NCBI GenBank assembly: GCA_024137785.1
Contig: JAHRHZ010000145.1
Coordinates: 20,916,498 to 20,980,497, forward strand
Origin: Ginglymostoma cirratum
Lineage: Eukaryota
Reading direction: 5' to 3'
Length of the DNA: 64,000 nucleotides
Positions within the stretch are counted from its first letter, which is position 1. Each line of letters starts with the position of its first letter. Below are positions 1-12,680 of the stretch, one piece after another. The translations under genes were made by a program, and so were the position numbers. Below the pieces are notes generated by a model, which saw only the letters and a program-made list of their open reading frames with translations, was not told where the DNA came from and searched no databases.

Positions 1-345
1 CCCGTGGCTGATGAATCAGTGTCCCTCCATTTTGAACAGTACTTTGAGGAAGCACTAAGGGTGGCAAGGGTACAGAGTGGACTCTGGATGGAAGCCTTCA
101 ATATCTGTAGGTAATTGCGGGCCCAATGACTGAGCTGGTCGAATCCCACAGAACAGAGCTGTTAGGCCGCATCTGCAATAAGCAGTGAAGAAGCCAACAA
201 GAGGGGAAAACAACATAACCTCATCCTCACCAACCTGTCTGCTACAGATGCATCTGTCCATGACAGCATTAGTAAGCGTGACCAGCACACAGTTCCTGTG
301 GAGATGAAGTCCCATCTTCATATTGAGAATTTCCTACATTGTGTA
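1..345 (+). mobile_element. Degenerate non-LTR retrotransposon fragment, APE endonuclease region
   Basis: Frameshifted PTRG..LILTN and (S)DH.TV-like motifs; homologous to 4420-4610. Confidence 0.6.
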
Positions 346-1380
346 GGTGTGGCTGACAGGAGATCAGCAACAAGTGCTGAGCCCTGCCAGATAAGGCTGC
401 TTAGGCCTTTGGTGAAAAGCAAGGGTGCTTCCTTCATGGACTTCCTTTTCCCATCAGAGATGCCACATCTCCCTGGGTGTCTCTTGTACACCTAGCCTGT
501 GCCCTTGCCCTAGGTCTTGGTGCTGCTGCTGGGACCAAAGATCCACTTGACTTATTAGATTTGCCAACAGCTCTCAGCGGGACTTCCTCACCAGGTAAAG
601 GTGAAAGTCCCGACCTATACCAACATACACTACTCTGAGCATTATCTAAAATAGCGCTCCAGGGCGCTCCGCCAGGTTTCACAATGGCTTTTCTGGTAGC
701 TGCGAAATCCAGTCTAAAGTCTGCAGTATCCAGTTCTTTCACTCAAAATAGCCCGAAAGAACCATGCTCACATGTCATGTGTTATCATTTTGGTTTTAAA
801 TTTGGGATACAAATTCCATGGGAGGAGGCATAGGAGAAGCATCCCAAGGCCATTTTACAGCAGTATTTCCAGGAATGTCCCACACATCTCCACTCCCACC
901 CCTTGTGTCTCAGTGGGTTACGATAGTGAATACCTTAAGATGTTTTGGGACTGTGTCTTTAATTTAGAGTAAATTGGGGGAATGAAGGTACGTGACTGGT
1001 TCTGAATTCTCCCATCAACAAGCTTGGCTGCTGAAGAGAGACTGGTTTACTAGGAAGCAGGTGTAAGACAATGCAAACCTGTGGACAATGGCAAGAACAA
1101 TGGTGAAACTGTCAAGTCTTCGCGTCTCACAGCAGAGTGTTGGGAATGCCAGGTTGAACAAACTTATACTTTAGAAAGAGGTTTATTTAACTCTACAATC
1201 GAACAGAATTGGAGGAACCAGAGAACAGCAAATTGTAATTTCTGTCTGGATGTGTGATTCACGTTGCCATGGGAATGCTCTTTAGGAAGAAAAGCCAATA
1301 GAATGTCATTGTGCCACAGGTTTGCAAGTTTCTAAAGATTTTCCTGAACATCACAGGTAGGTCAGTCTGTAATAATCTAA

Positions 1381-1410
1381 GAGAGAGAGAGAGAGACACA
1401 GAGCAGAGAG
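1381..1410. repeat. (GA)n microsatellite
   Basis: gagagagagagagagacacagagcagagag. Confidence 0.8.
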
Positions 1411-1999
1411 ATTGCATAGCAAGTCCTACAGATGCGCAAATTAAATACCGATTATTATTCACCAGTCAGAAGATAGGTAGAAGCTTGACCTTAGACTGTA
1501 GAGACAAAATTCATGCAGACCTATATAACACTGTAAGATTCACCCACGTTTTGGCTAGCGCAAGGAATCTCCATATTAACTCTGGTTGAGGATTGGAAGT
1601 TATCTAGCTGGGAAAAGAAAAGGAAAACCAGCCAGCAGGAGCTGAAAATAGTTTTGGAAATGTTCTGGGAGAATAAATTACCCATTTAAGGGACAGAGGA
1701 ACATATGACCATGGAACGGAATTATAGGTTATGTCAACGGTCATATAAAGGATCTTTTCTGTAGTTTGAGGTAAAAGTTGCCTATGAAAGCATTGTTTAG
1801 TCAATGTTGCATTTAGTTTACTTACTGCAGTAAAAGACTTAGAACATGAAATCTTGTGTGATCCTTTCAGTTGCTCACTGGAATTCAAAAATCTTCTTAG
1901 AAGTCATCAATCTCAATTGGAACTGTAACAACAGTCCAAGAAAGTTTCGGTTCTAAATCACTAGATGCTGATCTTGGGCGTAGATTCTGGCAAAGCACA

Positions 2000-2770
2000 G
2001 CATTATTCCGAAGTCACGAAAAGGAAGGGAATATTAAAGACGTTGTGTTTCAATTATACAGGGCATTAATGAGACAACATCTCAAGACTTTGTGCGGTTT
2101 TATGCTCCTTATTGAAGGACAAATGTAAATGAGTTGGAGTCAATTCAGTGGAGGTTTAGTAGATTGATACCTGAAATCAATGTGTCCTCCAAACTGCATG
2201 GCTGCATTCTGACGTGATCAGCATAAAGACACAGATCATAGCATTAATCTCTAGTTACAGAAGTCACTGCCATGCATCTGAGGTCTATGCAGAAGAAGAA
2301 ATTAGAGGGAATGCTGCCTGGAACTAACGGATTATCTTTAGAGGTTACATGAATAAGTGGGCCTTGTTTCCACTCAAGTTCAGAACAGTGAAGTTTAAAA
2401 AGAACCTGAATGGTCTTAACAAGGTGGATATGAAAGGGGCGATTCTTCTTGTGGATTAGTCCAGAACTAGAGGGCGCTAGATTAGGGTTTACCTACCTAG
2501 AACTGAGACAAGGAGAAGGTTTGACTCTGAGGGCTGTGCAACTTTGGAACTCTGTCTCAGAAGGCAGTGGAAGTGGGGTAATTGAATGTTTTTGAGGCAG
2601 TACTTTATAGATTCTTGTTCAGCAAGAGAATCAAAAAAGGTTATCAGGAGTAGATGGGAATGTAAGATTTGTAACAAAAACACAGGTCAGCCATGATCTT
2701 ACTGGATGGTGGAGCAGGTTTGAGGGACCAAATGATCTAATGCTTCTCCAATTTCGTGTGTTTGTATGTT
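2000..2770 (+). mobile_element. Old CR1-clade LINE 3' fragment
   Basis: Degenerate LYRALMR.HL...VRF motif and a CR1-type 3' tail; similar to 6017-6730. Confidence 0.65.
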
Positions 2771-3779
2771 TCATACAAAAGTAAATATGGAAAGTGTTCC
2801 TACACCATTGACTGTAATCCACAAAGCCTGCCGAACGTGTACATGTGAACACTGGTCAAGTTCGGACTCTGGCCTAATTGTGATGCCACCCTCCAATCCA
2901 AATGTGTGGCCCTGGTCTTTTCAGCCAGAGCTAATTCACAAGAAATCGATGCATCTTTGAAACTGTAATCCTCTCTAGTCCACATTTTTCCTGACCTGAC
3001 ATACTAAGGAAAATGAAACCAGCAAGAAGCAGAAAAAAGAAAATAACTAGAGGGTTGAGACTTGTCCTCTCACTACAAGTGGCCCAGATAAATTGTGCAG
3101 ACTGAAAGGAAACTAAAGGGATTTCATAACCTCAAAAGTATAGACAGGTAGCAAAAAAAAAAGTTAACAATTCAAGTCCATATTTTTGGGAACAAAAATA
3201 CATGCACGTATCAATGTTGGAGAAGCAAGTCAAAAACAGAAAAGTACAAATGCCTAGGAAGTTTACAGGAGCTCATACAATCTGACCCTATGTATGTATT
3301 TCCTGTCAGACTTGTATGCAGTCTCACAGTACCGGGGACATACACCTTGATTCATTATCTCCACAAACTGCCAACTTGAAAGATGTATTTATATCTCAAG
3401 TGCTAATAAGTCACAGAGAGAAAAAAATTGAATTAGCGCTATGACAATTTATTAATATAAATGCTATTTTTAGAGCACTAAGTACCACCATTGGGGAAAC
3501 AAATGCAGGAAATTATTGCTATACCTGAATAAATCACGAATAGTCAATTAGAAATTATTAGCTAATGCAATTATATTTGTATATACCTCTAGACAAGTGA
3601 TGAGAATGTGTACTTGCATACACAGATGATTGGATTCATTCCTCATTGGTACAAATTACAATTACAGATGGCACTGCCATGGTTTTCTTTGAAACACATT
3701 CCTAACAGTTTTAAATGCATTTTTGAAATTTGTTCTCAAGACGTGGGTGACTCTGTCAAAGCTCCTAACCCTCAACAAT

Positions 3780-4070
3780 CCTGTTGATCAAAATGCTGAA
3801 TATATTCAGGCTGAGCTAGACAATGTTCTAGCTTCCACTGTTGTTTGGGAAGAGAATTCCAAGCATAATTAACACTCAGAGCAGCAATGTCTCCTCGACT
3901 CCATCTTCAATGGGAGGTCCTCATTTTGAAGTTGTGCCCCCTAACTTTAGATTCCCCAACAACGGGAAATGCAGTCTCAAAATCGAAACTGCCAAGGCCC
4001 CTCAAAATATTATTTCTTTATTTCAGCAAGGTCACCTCTTACTCTTCTAAACGTCACTGAATGTAGATCT
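3780..4070 (-). mobile_element. Old CR1-clade LINE fragment
   Basis: Degenerate reverse-complement similarity to the other CR1 3' fragments. Confidence 0.45.
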
Positions 4071-4074
4071 GTTT

Positions 4075-4610
4075 AGGAATTAAATTGAACAGACTACCTG
4101 ACATTGACCTAGACATTGGAAATGACAACAGGAAACCCAGCCCTATCAATCCTGCAAAGTCTTCTTTACCAGCATTTAAAGGTTAGCGCCAAAATTGGGA
4201 GCACCAATTCATGGAGTAGTCAAGCAACAGCCTGATGTAGTCATAATCGTAGAATCATACCTCGCACACAATATCCCATAAGGATCATCTCATCCCTGAG
4301 CATACCATCCCACTGGCAGGACAGACACAGAAGTGGATACAATCAGGAGTGAGCGCAACTGAGAGTCTTCAACATTGGCTCCAGCCATCACATCAAATGT
4401 GGGTAAGGAAACCCCTGAACTCCATCTCAGCTGATGACTCAATGCTCCTCCTGTTGAGCAGAACTTGGAGGAAACAATGAGGGTGAAAAGGGTGCAGATG
4501 TACTCTGGGTGGGGGACTTCAATTTCCATCCTCAAGAGTGTCAGGCAGCTCCACTACTTTCTGAGCTGGTCAAGTCCTAAAGGATATAGCTGCCAGACAA
4601 GGTTGGATTT
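4075..4610 (+). mobile_element. Non-LTR retrotransposon fragment, APE endonuclease N-terminal region
   Basis: 4500-4529 translates to VLWVGDFNFH (GDFN catalytic motif); upstream LVKQQPDVVII.ESY-like segment. Confidence 0.7.
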
Positions 4611-4619
4611 TCCTTAATG

Positions 4620-5640
4620 TGACCTGCCATTAATTTTTCATGTCCCCTCTTTGCTCTATTTCTTTTAAAGCAACCCCCTGAACAGACCACTCTATAACTC
4701 CTCTAGGGCATCCATTGTTCCTTATCTATGTCTTTTCCAATCGTGTACTTCCACGCTTCTCTGCGCTAGTTGATCCCATCCTTCACCTTTACAAGAACAT
4801 GCATTCCCACTATTATCCTTTTTGAATGTCTCTTACTGCTCTGATATGGATTTTCCTGCAGGTAGCTGCTCAGTCCATTTTGGCCAAATCCTGTCTTGTC
4901 TTATTACAAATGCCTGTATCCCAATTCAGAACGTTTTCTTTCAGTCCATCTCTGTACTTATCCATAATTACCTTAAAAAAAACTTACTGAATCATGATCA
5001 TTATCATCAAAATGCTCCATCACTGCTGCTTCTACCACTTGCCTGGCTTTGTTCCCTAAAATTTAGATCCAACACTGCCCCCTTTCTTGTGTAACATTTA
5101 TAAGCAGCTTAAAAAGCTCTCCTGGACACATTTTAAGAATCCTGCCCCTGCTAAGCCTTTTACACTTGGTCTATTCCAATTATTATTGAGTTAGTTGATA
5201 TCCTCTATTATTATTACCCTATGTTTACACTTCTGAGATTTGCCAACATATCTGTCTTTATGTGTCTTGCTGACTGGGAGTCTACAGTGCAGCCACAGCA
5301 AAGAGATTGCCCTGTTTTTAAAAAAAAGGTAACGTCAGCTTTCCTGCTCCTGAAATGCTGCTTGGCCTGCTGTGTTCATCCAGCTCTACACCTTGTTATC
5401 TCTACCCCATAAGGCCTTATTTGAAGAACCTTCAAAGATAATATCCCTCTTTACTGCAATAATTGATTCTTTGATCAATACCGCAATACCATCTCTTATT
5501 TTATACCTCACCCGTCCCAAGAAATCAACTAAAGATTTTGTACAGTGGAATATTTGCTGCTAGTCCTGTCCCTTGCTAAACCATTTTTTTTCATAATAAC
5601 AACATTATTACATCCCACTGCGTTAATCAACATGCTGATA
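4620..5640 (-). mobile_element. Highly decayed CR1-like LINE (endonuclease to linker region) with a nested short repeat at about 5330-5410
   Basis: Degenerate minus-strand CR1-like sequence that parallels 21300-21950. Confidence 0.4.
5330..5408 (+). repeat. Short Penelope-associated repeat (portion 3' of the hammerhead core)
   Basis: aacgtcagctttcctgctcc...ctgctgtgttcatccagctctacaccttgttatc; homologous to 41358-41428. Confidence 0.7.
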
Positions 5641-6016
5641 TGTCTCTCTACATTAGGAAATACTTGAAGCCTGAAGAAATCCAGTTTAGTTTTTCTCATC
5701 ATTTGCTGTAAGCTGTTGCTTTTAACCAATAGCCAGGCATTACATAATTTGTGAATTAGTGGCTCTGTGCTTCCTGCAAGCAAGTGAAAAAGTACCTGGA
5801 GTACAGAGGTTGAAGAACAACAAGAATGGAAAGCCATGGGACCATCTCAGCAAACCTTGTAGGTGGGGCAATTGAACTGTCAGTTTTCCCCTCCATCCAT
5901 ACCACCAACGTTTTTGTTGGCTGTCTGTCTTTGCATGTGTTCTAACAGGAGTTTTATAAGGGGGCTTGGGCTTTAATTAGTAAAGTTACATGTTGATAGT
6001 TCATACTTATTTACCT

Positions 6017-6730
6017 ACAGGGAGATCTGGGTGTTCAGGTCCATTGTACACTGAAGGTGGCAATACAGGTCGATAGAGTGGTCAAGAAGGCATATGGCAT
6101 ACTTTTATTCATCGGACGGGGTATTGAGTACAAGAGTTGGCAGGTCATGTTACAGTTGTATAGGACTTTGGTTCGGCCACATTTGGAATACAGCGTACAG
6201 TTCTGGTCGCCACATTACCAAAAGGATGTGGATGTATTGGAGAGGGTGCAGAGGAGGTTCACCAGGATGTTGCCTGGTATGGAGGGTGCTAGCTATGAAG
6301 AGAGGTTGAGTAGATTAGGATTATTTACATTAGAAAGATGGAGGTTGAGGGGGCACCTGATTGAGGTCTACAAAATCATGAGAGATATAGATAGTGGATA
6401 GCAAGAAGCTTTCTCCCCAGAGTGGAGGACTCAATTACTAGGGGTCACAATTTCAAGGTGAGAAGAGAAAAGTTTAAGGGAGATATGCTTGGAAAGTTCT
6501 TTACACAGAGGGTGGTGGGTGCCTGGAATGTGTTGCCAGGGGAGGTGGTAGAGGCAGGCACAATAGCATCATTTAAGATGTATCTAGACAGATACATGAA
6601 TGGGCAGGGAGCAGAGGGATACAGATCCTTGGAAAATAGGTAACAGGTTTAGATAGAGGATCTGGATCGGCGCAGGCTTGGAGGGCCGAAGGGCCTGTTC
6701 CTGTGCTGCAATTTTCTTTGTTCTATGTTC
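6017..6730 (+). mobile_element. 5'-truncated CR1-clade (HER1-like) LINE, ORF2 C-terminus and 3' tail
   Basis: ORF 6057-6401 LYRTLVRPHLEYSVQFWSP...LERVQRRFTRMLPG...LRGHLIEVYKIM, then FFTQRVVGAWNVLP after a frameshift; tail gggccgaagggcctgttcctgtgctg...ttctatgttct. Confidence 0.92.
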
Positions 6731-7874
6731 TTATAGCTAGAATCTATTTGTCATAAGTAGTAATTCTTGTAAGTACAGAAACCTGCTCTGAGCTTTCTGT
6801 TAACCTGATCTAAACAGGCAGGTAAATTCAGGAATTTTTCTGTACTTTGATAAAATCTTAAACTTTTGTGACAACTCCAGGAATAGTGGAGCTGAATTTC
6901 CAGTGTGCTGCTCCACTGAGGTGTAACAATAGGACCTGAATTAGTTTATCTGATTTATAATTGGACAATAATATTGTAATTCTGCAGCAGACTAATCAAC
7001 ATCAATGTGTGAAGAAGCTGATGTGAAGCAGATTCATTGAACTTAGTGTTAATTGTGTAAATTACGACATGGCCAGTTTTAAATAGATCAATGCACTAAG
7101 AGGTATCTCCATTAATAATTTCCACACGGCACCTTTTCTTCTATTGCTCACATACCTGTGTTTCTCAGAAACTAAAACTGAATTTAGCTTTGTGTTTCAT
7201 AGCAACATATGGATACAGCCTGCTTACCTCATGCAAAATCACTAAACTGCAAGTCGCACAAAAATGCCCCAAAAATTGGAAACAAGGATTCTGTGATTTT
7301 CCTACAGATGCCACATTTACACATATTATTTAAAAGGTAGATGAAGCAGGCAAATGATGGCATATGCAAAAATAAAGCAGCACAAAGCTTGGTTTTACAC
7401 CCAGAATTAGAGGGCTGAATATTCTGGTAAAGTGTCAATTTTGGGAGGTTTCATGGAGAGTTTCTCTCCATCAGGCCTAATGAGTTATCTCACACAATTC
7501 ACCTCATTATGTATGCTTTATCTCTAATGGCACAACTCCCACACTATCTTTCACTTAGCAATGATGGAAATGTTCATCACCACCAGAACCTACGGGCACT
7601 CCTGCCATCTTAAACTCCAGCTGTACAGCAGGCCAGTTGACGCAAGCCAGGAACTGCTATTCACACAGGTGCAGTCAGGCAGGAATCGCCCCAGAGATGC
7701 CTGACAGAGACAGGTTGGCAGTCTATTTGCTGACTGGGACCTGAAAGTCCTGCCGGAGGCATCCTTATTCCTCAGGATTGCCAGATGAGACCACGGCACC
7801 AGATTCTACCAGCTTGGACCACAATTGGCACTTGGGTCAGCACAGTGTCTGAGGCCTGGAGGAACACCCAGCAA

Positions 7875-7950
7875 TGCACGGGGATAAATTCAATATACCA
7901 CCTTGCTCCCATACTAATATACCTATCCTTGGTCACCTACAGTGTTCCAT
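7875..7950 (+). mobile_element. Possible Penelope GIY-YIG endonuclease C-terminal remnant
   Basis: Peptide KFNIPPCSHTNIPILGHLQCS resembles the HFN.P.HS......LGLL.C segment of vertebrate Penelope-like ORFs; short match. Confidence 0.35.
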
Positions 7951-8409
7951 CTCAGCACCTGATCCCAGTTTCGCCCCCGTCAGCTTTAAGAATCCACACA
8001 CTGTTCAAAAAATTATCAGGAGTGGTTGGGAATACATCAGGAATTGGCACTACCCAGTTGCCCTCTGCTGTACAGGAGAATAGCAAGCTATATTTAAATA
8101 AGGCGAGTATAGATATTAATAAACTGTAAATACATGCAAATATGGGTATTGTCACTCACTGGTGAGATTTACATCTCGTCATTAAAACGTTATGTGCAAA
8201 ATTAGATAATTTTCCTCAACAATGAGAATTTTGCTTTTCCAATCCCATCAAATTCTCCCACCTGACTCATCACTTAGAGAATTCCACCAATGGAAGGGCG
8301 AATGCTAAACAGGCTCTAGGTGGACTACAGGTTTAGCTGTCAAATTATAAAAATGTTATGAAGACAGTTGAAACCACTCAGCATAGATTCAGTAGAATAA
8401 TTTTAGAAA

Positions 8410-9070
8410 CGAGAGTCAGAGGCATAGAAACATACAGCATGGAAACTGTCCCTGTACTCCAACTTGTCCGTGATAACCAGATATCCTATATAAAGCTAGT
8501 CCCATTTGCCAGCATCTGGCCCATAATCCCGCTAAACCCTTCCTATTCATACATCCATCCAGATGCCTTTTACAATGTTGTAATTGTAGAAGCATCCACC
8601 ACTTCCTCTAGCAGCTTGTTCTACATACGCAGCACCTCCTGCGTGAAAAAGTTACCTCTTAGGTCCCTTTTAAATCCTTCCCCTTCCACCTCAAACCTGG
8701 TCCCTATAGTTTTGGACTCCCCCAACCACTGGATAAGACTTTGCCTATTTATCCTATCCATGCTCCTCATGATTTTATAAACCTGTATCAAGGTCACCCC
8801 CTCAGCCTCTGATGCTCTAGGGGAAATGGCCCCAGCCTATTCAGCGACTCCCTATACCTCAAACTTTCCAACCCTGGAAACATCCTCGTAAATCTTTTCT
8901 GAACCCTTTCCAGTTTCACAACATCCTTCCTATAGGAGGAAGACTAGAATTGCATGCAACACTCCACAAGTGGCCAAACCAATGTCCTGTACAGTCACAA
9001 TGTGACCTCCCAACTCCTGTACTCACTAACCAATAAAGGCAAGCATGCCAAACACTGCCTTCACTACCCT
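8410..9070 (-). mobile_element. CR1-clade LINE 3' fragment
   Basis: Reverse-complement homology to 6017-6730 and near-collinear with 19470-20003 and 36312-36808. Confidence 0.85.
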
Positions 9071-9199
9071 AGCATTACGGTAATTTTGAGCAGTGTGGAT
9101 TTAATGCAACTGAAGTTAACTGGTGTCCTAATGCAGATGTTAAAAACAATGAAGTGTTAAAACAAAGATGAATATCGACAGATTGCTCCCCTTAGCCTG

Positions 9200-9490
9200 T
9201 GCAACAATAACAAAAAGGCAACCTTTTAAAGTAACAATGAAAGGAGCAAAATGTGAGTTGAGTTTAGAATAAATGTCTCTCTGCAGCAAATGGTAAGAAT
9301 ATGGAATGTTCTGCCTCAAACTATTGATGAGGGAGCGTTATTTTTTTTTTCCAAATGGATAGCTGCTGGAAAAAGAACAAAATTAGTATATATGGAGAAT
9401 AGGGTCGGATTAGACTATTTGGTAAAAGTCACTGGCAATAGATCAGATGAACAAATGGCTTGTTTATGTGCAAAAAAATGCTATGATTTT
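9200..9490 (+). mobile_element. Very old CR1 3' fragment
   Basis: MVRIWNVLP motif (cf. VVGAWNVLP) and a degenerate tail. Confidence 0.5.
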
Positions 9491-11949
9491 ATAAATGAGC
9501 TAAGTGTTCTTGATAAGTCAGTCTGAAATCCAACTACATTTTGAGGCCGACACAAAGCTCTGCCAGAAATAAGAAGCAAATTGTAGCAATATTATCTTTG
9601 TTTTAGCAGGCCTGAGGGAAAGAGCTGTGAGATTGCATTTTAGAGACAGGATATGAAAGCTAATAAAGCCTGCGCTTTGCAGCAATCAAACAGAAAAAAA
9701 AACGCAGATAGATTCAAGAAATCACTGGGTTGGTGAACCCTGAAGAGCGAGTAGAGGGGAAAAACGTGTATGACAGGGTCTTGAACTGCCATTTCCAAAT
9801 CTCAGCTGTCCATGGGAGGAAGAGAGAACAAGAAAACAAGAAAAAGAGACATTCAATCCACAGGGGTTTCACCTTGTGTGGCTAGCCTGCTAGGAACAAC
9901 ACAGCTTGTTTGTTTAAGTTATGTGGTCAATAAATAAAACAAGCTAGGGGCTAACATATCGCTACAAGAAAATCACAATCATCAGTTATGGAGAAAAGTA
10001 ATTGTGAACAATTGTGAAGGGTAGCCCAATAGAGATGTCAATGTCTTTACACTATCACCCCTCTTCAGCCCCATACATCGGGCAGAATTTAAATGGAGTC
10101 TGCAGCAATGGGAAACAAGGTTGCCGGGGTTAAATTAGGAGCTGAAATCTCCGGTTCACGGCGTTGGATTGAGTTTGAGAAAGTCAGCGAACAGTGTGTT
10201 AGTGGAGGGGCAGCAATCATGTCATCTGGTGCTGAGAACCTATTTGCCATGGCAGTTACATAGCATGGATTCTCATTTAGATGGGAGGGTTGCCAAATTA
10301 AGTTTCATTGTGTTGACATACGTTCATATGTTCATCTTGACATACATTAACACCCCAATGTGCAGTAACACCTGTAGCATGTGCCAGCTGCCTGTGCAGC
10401 AGACCACGTATTCAATACAATGGCCATGTAGGAAACTGTGAGGTGGGGGTGGGCTAATCTAAATTGTGACTGTTGGTTAGTCACAGTCACAGTCCAGAAG
10501 CTTGGCCACACAAATCAGTTGTTCGTGTGGGGTGTTCATGGTCAGGGGATCTGCCCAACTAGAGTCTGGGGTGTTGGCAAGGGTCAATCCTGTCAAGGGA
10601 TTCATGGATCCGTCAGTCAGGGAGCTGCAAACACTGCAATTGGGGTCTGATCAGTCATATCTAGGAGCCACTTAACCACGTTGGTCAGAAGTCTGCAGCA
10701 TATATAAGCCTGAAGGTCCCTCTGTCAATCATTCAGGATAAGCAAGGAGAGTCTGTCGGGACTGTGCGGTGACTAGGCAGAGCCCAGTGCTAATGGTGTT
10801 CACTGTGAGCTACATTCCCTGACATCATTTGCCATGTTACAGGTGGGAAGTGCTACCAGAAAATGGCTGGGCAAATGCCCAGAGTCAGTGTCAGTTTGAT
10901 GGGTGAAAATACAGGATCTATATTCACTGGATGACAGAAAACTGGAGGAACAAACCCATGAAGCAGCCATTGCAAACCCCACTACATTTAATTTGTAATC
11001 GTTTCATCACCCTTTTGCTATTGCATGCCAAGTGAAGGTGCTTAGAGGTCAGATACTGGTCAAAGATAATTTGCAGCTTGCCACTGGTGTTTGTAAACTG
11101 AACTTTGACATGTCAATGATGGCGAAGTTAGCAACACTGACTTGACAAAAGGCCAAAGCAGAACATTATTCAGGCAACTTTCAAGGATGCTGTGGGAGCT
11201 GAACACTGTTACTTCTCTCATCTATCATGCAAGTCTATACTAAGTGCAGTGAGAGGTTGACTGGTTGATTTGAGTCTGGGATAGGAAGGGTGTCACAGCT
11301 CAGCAGCATATCCTTTTTGATGAAACAGAGACCACTCTAATGCTGGAGACTAGGCCCTTGTAAATCAGGTTCTCATCATCTGGAGAAGTGTGTCCAATCA
11401 TCATCCATAAGGTTTGCCACTAATGAATCTGAGATCCAAGAATCCCTTTATTCCTTGTGTTCCCAATGTATGTCATTTCCACCCTGAGGTCCGTGTCCTG
11501 TTGCTGCTCAGACATTGGTCTCTGTGGCTGCCAACCTAAGAAGGCGGAGGCAGAGCCGAGACGCTGCTAAAGGCACCCAAGGAGGACAAGGAGCATCCAG
11601 CTCAGATGGAGATCACAGCCACAGGATCCCTCAGGATGTGAGAGGCCTGCAGAAGGCCCAGAGTTTAAAATCAATCCCGTCCCCACTTTCTGGAGATGAC
11701 AAAGTTGCAGTGTCGACACAGGCACTGTACGTCCCACTGTGCCGTGATGGAACATTGTTAGATACTGGAGCAGAACACAAGAGCTGTGGAAGTGGGAGGC
11801 CATCCTCTTGCGGTGACTGTGAAGGTGACTGATGCTCTGAACTTCTACATGACTGGTTCCTTCCAGGGACCAATATGAGAGCTGTGTGGGAGCTCTCAGT
11901 CATGTACCTGCTGACGTGTCAGGACAGTGACCAATGCCAACTGTGAAAT

Positions 11950-12680
11950 ATTACACTGGAGCACCTTGGTTTCCCAATGACGGGATCACTACTGCAGCCC
12001 AGGCAGTAGGATTCAGGAACATAGCTGGTTCCTTGGATGCAAGGTAACATCCATTGCATATACGTGGCACTGTATCACAATGCTGCAGAATTCAGCTAGT
12101 AGGGGCCGCATTCGATTTGTATTCAGGTGGCAGAGGTGTTACTTCTGCCTAGAGGTGTGCGCCCACTACCCTGGCAGCTGCCACAACTTCAACATCCTGG
12201 AGCACTCTCACATACTTGGTACTTTTGAAGGTCCCAGGGCCTTACAAAGCTGTTCACTGGGCTACCCACTGTGACCAGGGCTCAGAACAACTCCCCTCCG
12301 CCCCAAAAGAACTGGCAGGGCAGTGGGGTAGAATTGGCAGCCATCTTCTGAGGAGGATGACGACATTGGGCAGGAGGAATCTCTCCTTGTGCAGGTCGGA
12401 GTTGAGCCACATTGGGTGCCACAAGTCAGATAGAACGTCATTAATTCCAGGCTGAAATAGAAGAAAGCTGGTTGCAACAGACCATCTTGGACTGCTAAAC
12501 AGCCGTTGCTCATTATTGCCAGAACCTGGTTTGCATTTTGGGCGGAGGGGGGGTGGGGGGAGCAGTTGCAGATGTTGAACTGCAGCGTCTATTGGTGCCC
12601 TTCACGTTCCCTTTTGGTGTCTGTAAATGAAAGCTCATATTCTGAATTGCCTTGTTGTGAGCCTGTATGTGACCAAAGGG
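11950..12680 (+). mobile_element. PIF/Harbinger transposase relic (frameshifted)
   Basis: MQGNIHCIYVAL at 12037-12072 (cf. VQGAIDCTHV), VCAHYPGSCHNFNILEHS (cf. ARWPGSTHDS.IL), GYPL, and QQTI/GLLNSR (cf. EQTIGLLK.RF), in the expected order. Confidence 0.7.

Noticed and set aside
960-1960. Possible LTR-retrotransposon gag/integrase debris
   Set aside because: No clear motif could be translated
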